DNA of 64,000 bases from Paraspadella gotoi (Eukaryota; Animalia; Chaetognatha): positions 25,152,688 through 25,216,687 of the forward strand of contig CM119263.1 in assembly GCA_051294375.1 (NCBI GenBank). The letters are read 5' to 3'. The position numbers and the translations under genes are program-made. Shown here piece by piece: positions 50,882-64,000 of the stretch (within the stretch, counting starts at the first letter, position 1; every line of letters begins with the position of its first letter). The notes under the pieces were generated by a model that ran no database searches, was not told where the DNA came from, and worked only from the letters and a program-made list of their open reading frames with translations.

Positions 50882-52110
50882 AAAACCATAACAACAACAA
50901 CGACGAGAAAAAAAAGCAGAGGAAGGAACTGACCGTAAAATAAATCAAGCCTCTGAGGCTCCAGCTTCCACTCACAACCGACAAAACACTTGAAAGGAAA
51001 GGCCATTTTGTTTTAAACTGCAAACCTATTTCAAAAACAAGATCATATGTACAAAGGATAACATTTTTAGTTTAAAAAAAATTGTCTAAGTTTTTATTGC
51101 GACAATTTCAAACCGCACACTCAAGTCAAGAGAAAAATCCAGACAATTTTGAAACGTAGTTTACTAAGGACAGACATTATCTTTTCCGCCGCAGAACGAA
51201 ACTAAAAAAAAAAAAGAGTCGATAATCGATCCAAATTCGTTCGGACCCAAAAAAAGCGAAACTTGAGTCATGTCCGTTTCCGAAGGCGGAACTGCGCAGA
51301 AAGAGGGAAAACGGAAAGGGGGAAGGGTTGAGGTGGTTGAGGGAGGACAGAGGGAGGGAGGGCAAAGGGAAGAGGGCGCTGGGGAAAAGGGAAAAGGGTA
51401 AGGGGGCAAAGGGAGGAGAAGTAGGCACGAGGGGAAGGAGACGGCGGGGGGAGAAGAGGGGAAAAAGGAAAGTTGCAAAGGAAGGGAATGGAGAAAGGGA
51501 AGATAAGAAAGAAGAAACGCAAAGTGTATTAAAAAGATAAGAAGGAAAAAAGTGGAAAGGGGAGATGGAGACGAGGACAAGCACAGCGGTGGAATTGGGA
51601 GAAGAATGGAAGGCGTGACATCACCTGAAGGCCGCGGCAAACGTTGAAGTTGATGAAGGGAAGGACGACGACGAACGACGACGACGACGAACGCAGAAAT
51701 CGATTTGGCAGCGGAGTAATTCAGGTTTTTTTACGCGAGACACGAAGCGCGTTCCAACGTTGAGTTGGAGTCGGAGCGTGGAGGGTGGGTAGCGGTGGGT
51801 TGGGTGGTTGCCGTGGTGACTTGTGACTCAAGGAAAAGGGTTTGGTAAAATTGAGAGGGGAAAAAATATTGATTGAGATTCGAGGTTATGAATGATAATC
51901 GAGCTCTGAATTATGGCGGCGAGGGCGCGGCCGGGCGTGGCCACACGACGCCGAACGACGCCACCCACGCACTGACCTCCGTCGACGCCGAATTCCCAAA
52001 TCTCGTAATTTCTTGCGTTTTTATCTTTTGTTTTACTTTTTCTCTTTTTCCCTCGACGTCGGTTAAAAAGCTTTTTCCCTGGTGTCGTGAGGAAGGAAGA
52101 AAATACACGG
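50882..52110 (+). repeat. Extra ~1.2 kb copy of internal segment 45207-46441 (third copy at ~55319-56548)
   Basis: Begins aaaaccataacaacaacaacgacg and ends gaaaatacacgg at gap 52111-52135. Confidence 0.95.
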
Positions 52111-52135
52111 NNNNNNNNNNNNNNNNNNNNNNNNN

Positions 52136-61008
<8,873 letters not shown>

Positions 61009-61464
61009 TTTTTCTCTTTTTCTCTTTCTCTCTTTTTCTCTTTCTCTTTCTCATCGTCGTCGTCGTCCTCGTCGTCGTCGTCGTCTTGGAGACCGGATGC
61101 GCGACTGACCTTTTGACTCAACTGGTGAAACTCAAGCTCTTCGCTTCGGATTTTTCTCCGTCGAACTTGGGTCATTTCCGAGTAGAGAGTCTTAGGGGCC
61201 TTAGGAGCCTTAGGGGCCAAAAAAGGGCTGATTTCCGTAGACTGCGGGGGCGGATGAGGAGGAGGAGGAGGAGGAGGAGAAAAAGAGGGAAAGATAAAGA
61301 AAGAAAGAGGGAATTGACAAAGAGAAGGTTTACACCGTGTACAGATTAAAAACACAGTCAACGAGAAAGGTGCCTCAAATAATAGAGGTAAAGGTGGGTT
61401 GGGTACAGCAACGAGCGGGGAAAGTGGGACACGGTATAGTCGACGAAAGCGTAACCTCGAAAGA

Positions 61465-61830
61465 TGAACCCGGAAGTCGTCATTGAGAACTTATGGCGAT
61501 CGGGGTTGCGGAGAGGACGAAGAGGAGGGGAAGGAAGAGGAGGGATGGAGCATCACGTGACCGTCACGCGTTCGAAGATAAAGCAACGCGAACAATGGAG
61601 GAGAATCACGTGATCAAAGACAGACGAAGTGATTGAACTGAAAAGAAAAATACTTCTTCTTGTTTAATGCGCATGCGCACGCGATCGAGGAAAGAAAGAC
61701 GGCCTTCGGAGTTTTGGGGGTAGGTTCAACTCAGATTCAACTCGACTTCAACTCTGATTCAATCTTTAGAAAGGACACGTGGACGCGGAGGTGAATGAAA
61801 TCGAGTTCGGTTCTCCGGAAGTGGGCGGGT
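61465..61830. promoter_or_regulatory. Housekeeping-type promoter motif cluster
   Basis: ccggaagt x2 (~61470, ~61815), tcacgtga x2 (~61553, ~61605), cacgtg (~61776) and gcgcatgcgc (NRF1-like, ~61669) in CpG-rich DNA. Confidence 0.5.
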
Positions 61831-61889
61831 CGTTACGGGAGTGTGATAAGAGATAAGAATCGTGGGCCGGAAATTTGAGACAACAAAGG

Positions 61890-62010
<121 letters not shown>

Positions 62011-62378
62011 CTGTTCTGGGTGGAGAGTGAGAGTAGAAAGAGGGGATTGCAGAGACTCGGATTGTGGGCGGTGAAGGAGACCAACACGATCGTAAGGATC
62101 AGTTCTATGTATCACGTTTATACTTGAGTTCAAACCTGAGAAATTTCGATCGATCACGAATACATTTTTTTCTCCAAATTCAGGGAAGAAAAACAAAAGT
62201 TAAAGTAAGAAGAATATACTTCCTTTCGTTGGTGAAAATCTATGACTCGTACGAGATTCAAAAAGGTTTTATTGAATAAGATTATCCAATCAATATTCAG
62301 TTTACTATTAATAAAAACGCCTACCACAACAAAAATGTACTTGAATTAGAATAACAAGAAAGAAGGTGAGAAAAATTT

Positions 62379-62410
<32 letters not shown>

Positions 62411-62820
62411 GAGAATCTTCGTCGTCGTCGTTCGTCTCGTTCGTCGCGGCGGGCGCTTTTTCCTCCTTCTTTAAATAACTTAATCGCCTTTCGGCTTCGA
62501 ACGTCAAAAGACGATATTTCTTTTTCCCCGTCCTTCTTTTTTTTCCACGTCCTTTCTTTTTTTTCCCGTCCTGTCTGTCTGTCTGTCTGNNNNNNNNNNN
62601 NNNNNNNNNNNNNNNNNNNNNNNNNNNNNNNNNNNNNNNNNNNNNNNNNNNNNGACGACGACGACGACGACAACGACGACGACGAAGACTTCTCAACATG
62701 AAAGATGCCGTTCCGACGTTTGCGTGGGAGGATCAACGCCTCAGAAAACAAAACTAGAGAAAACAGAAGAAACTGGAAAAGAATCAATATTTTGTCGTCG
62801 TTTGTACACAATCAAAAAAA

Positions 62821-62876
62821 TTGTCAAGTTGGTTGTCAAGTTGGTTGTCAAGTTGGTTGTCAAGTTGGTTGTCAAG
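62821..62876. repeat. 12-bp minisatellite (ttgtcaagttgg) x~4.7
   Basis: Directly visible. Confidence 0.95.
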
Positions 62877-63184
62877 AAAAGAGAACTTCGGCGCCGGGAG
62901 TGACGACGATGGAAGCAACAGGAAGTTTCGACAGAAAACGAAATGAAAATCGAAATATTGAGTGACTATAAGAACTGAAGAGAACAATTTAAAAAAGAAA
63001 AGAAAGAAAGAGAGAGAGACGACACGAGACAGAGAGTGAGTCCACCCCCAAAAAAATTTGATGACAATCGTTTAAATATTCAACCGACGTCGAGACATCT
63101 GTTTAAATATTGAACATTTTATGTGCAGCCAGGGTGGTTTTGGACTCAAATAAAGAGAAAGGGGATGAGAGAGAGAGAGAGAGA

Positions 63185-63282
<98 letters not shown>

Positions 63283-63887
63283 AGAATTTCAAATAAGAAT
63301 TTTGTTTTATTAAAGGAAAAATGTCAAAGGTTGTTCGGAGATTTGGATCCGAACTTTTGAACTTCTTCTCTTCGTCTTGGGATTTATTTTTCCGGCAGAC
63401 GTCGCTCTAACCTTCTTCTCGGGTCTTTTGATTTATTTTTTCATATCGTTATCAATTTATATAACATATTTACTTAACGTATTTTCTTCAATTTTGGTAT
63501 TGACTTTCCTCTTTGCTCGGGCTTTTCCTTTTCATACCTTTTTAGTGCTTTTTTAGAACCTTTTCCACATTTCATCGCATTTTAAGTTACAACTGAGTGT
63601 TCTTCTGAAAAATGCACTTAATCTTCTTTAATTAATTTATTAATATAACTTATATTACTATTTGTCTGAATTACTATTTCTCATGATCGTTACTCACGGA
63701 AGAAACAATAAACAAAAATAATTAACGTTGCCGCTAATCTGTGTCCCGATCCGCATTGCCTTTCAACTCAAGTCAAGATCCGCTTTGTTTACGTTTCCTT
63801 CTCTTTCCAGAAATTATGCCTTTTCAAAATAAACCATCGATAAAAAAATTTAAACCAAGCCTCGTACCCTGTCTCATTATTGACTCT

Positions 63888-63968
63888 CTCTTCTCTTCTC
63901 TTCTCTTCTCTTCTCTTCTCTTCTCTTCTCTTCTCTTCTCTTCTCTTCTCTTCTCTTCTCTTCTCTTC
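63888..63968. repeat. (CTCTT)n pentanucleotide microsatellite
   Basis: Directly visible. Confidence 0.95.
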
Positions 63969-64000
63969 AGTGCAATGATTGAATGAAAAATGTATTATTA

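Noticed and set aside
45207-52110. LTR retrotransposon (B-C-B' direct repeats)
   Set aside because: No TG...CA ends, PBS, TSD or gag/pol remnants; the repeats are part of the larger duplication.
62821-62876. CRISPR-like array
   Set aside because: Head-to-tail 12-mers without spacers, in eukaryotic DNA.

Overview
Invertebrate animal genomic DNA with spliceosomal introns, from a draft assembly with nine N-gaps and frequent 1-bp indels. The first 23 kb holds three intron-containing genes, reconstructed by hand from splice sites and reading phase. (1) A 5'-truncated + strand gene (<1-10958) encodes a 12/12/13-aa Ser/Thr/Cys repeat array with TQT motifs, a SEA domain with the GSIIV autocleavage motif, an acidic disordered region and a C-terminal WH2-like actin-binding motif, with no transmembrane segment visible. 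(2) A complete 4-exon innexin (11232-13307, -). (3) A ~20-exon - strand locus (14061-23041) encodes a long coiled-coil/Glu-Arg repeat region, one TM helix, a helical stalk and a C-terminal C-type lectin domain; its two halves are joined only across an ambiguous GC-AG/poly(A) spacer. The remainder is mostly non-coding: four copies of a Helentron/DINE-1-like element, a TA-flanked MITE, tRNA-derived SINEs, foldback palindromes, many (AG)n tracts, promoter-like motif clusters, and a ~9 kb direct duplication around a gap that may be an assembly artefact. No database searches were run; all family calls are from motif recognition.
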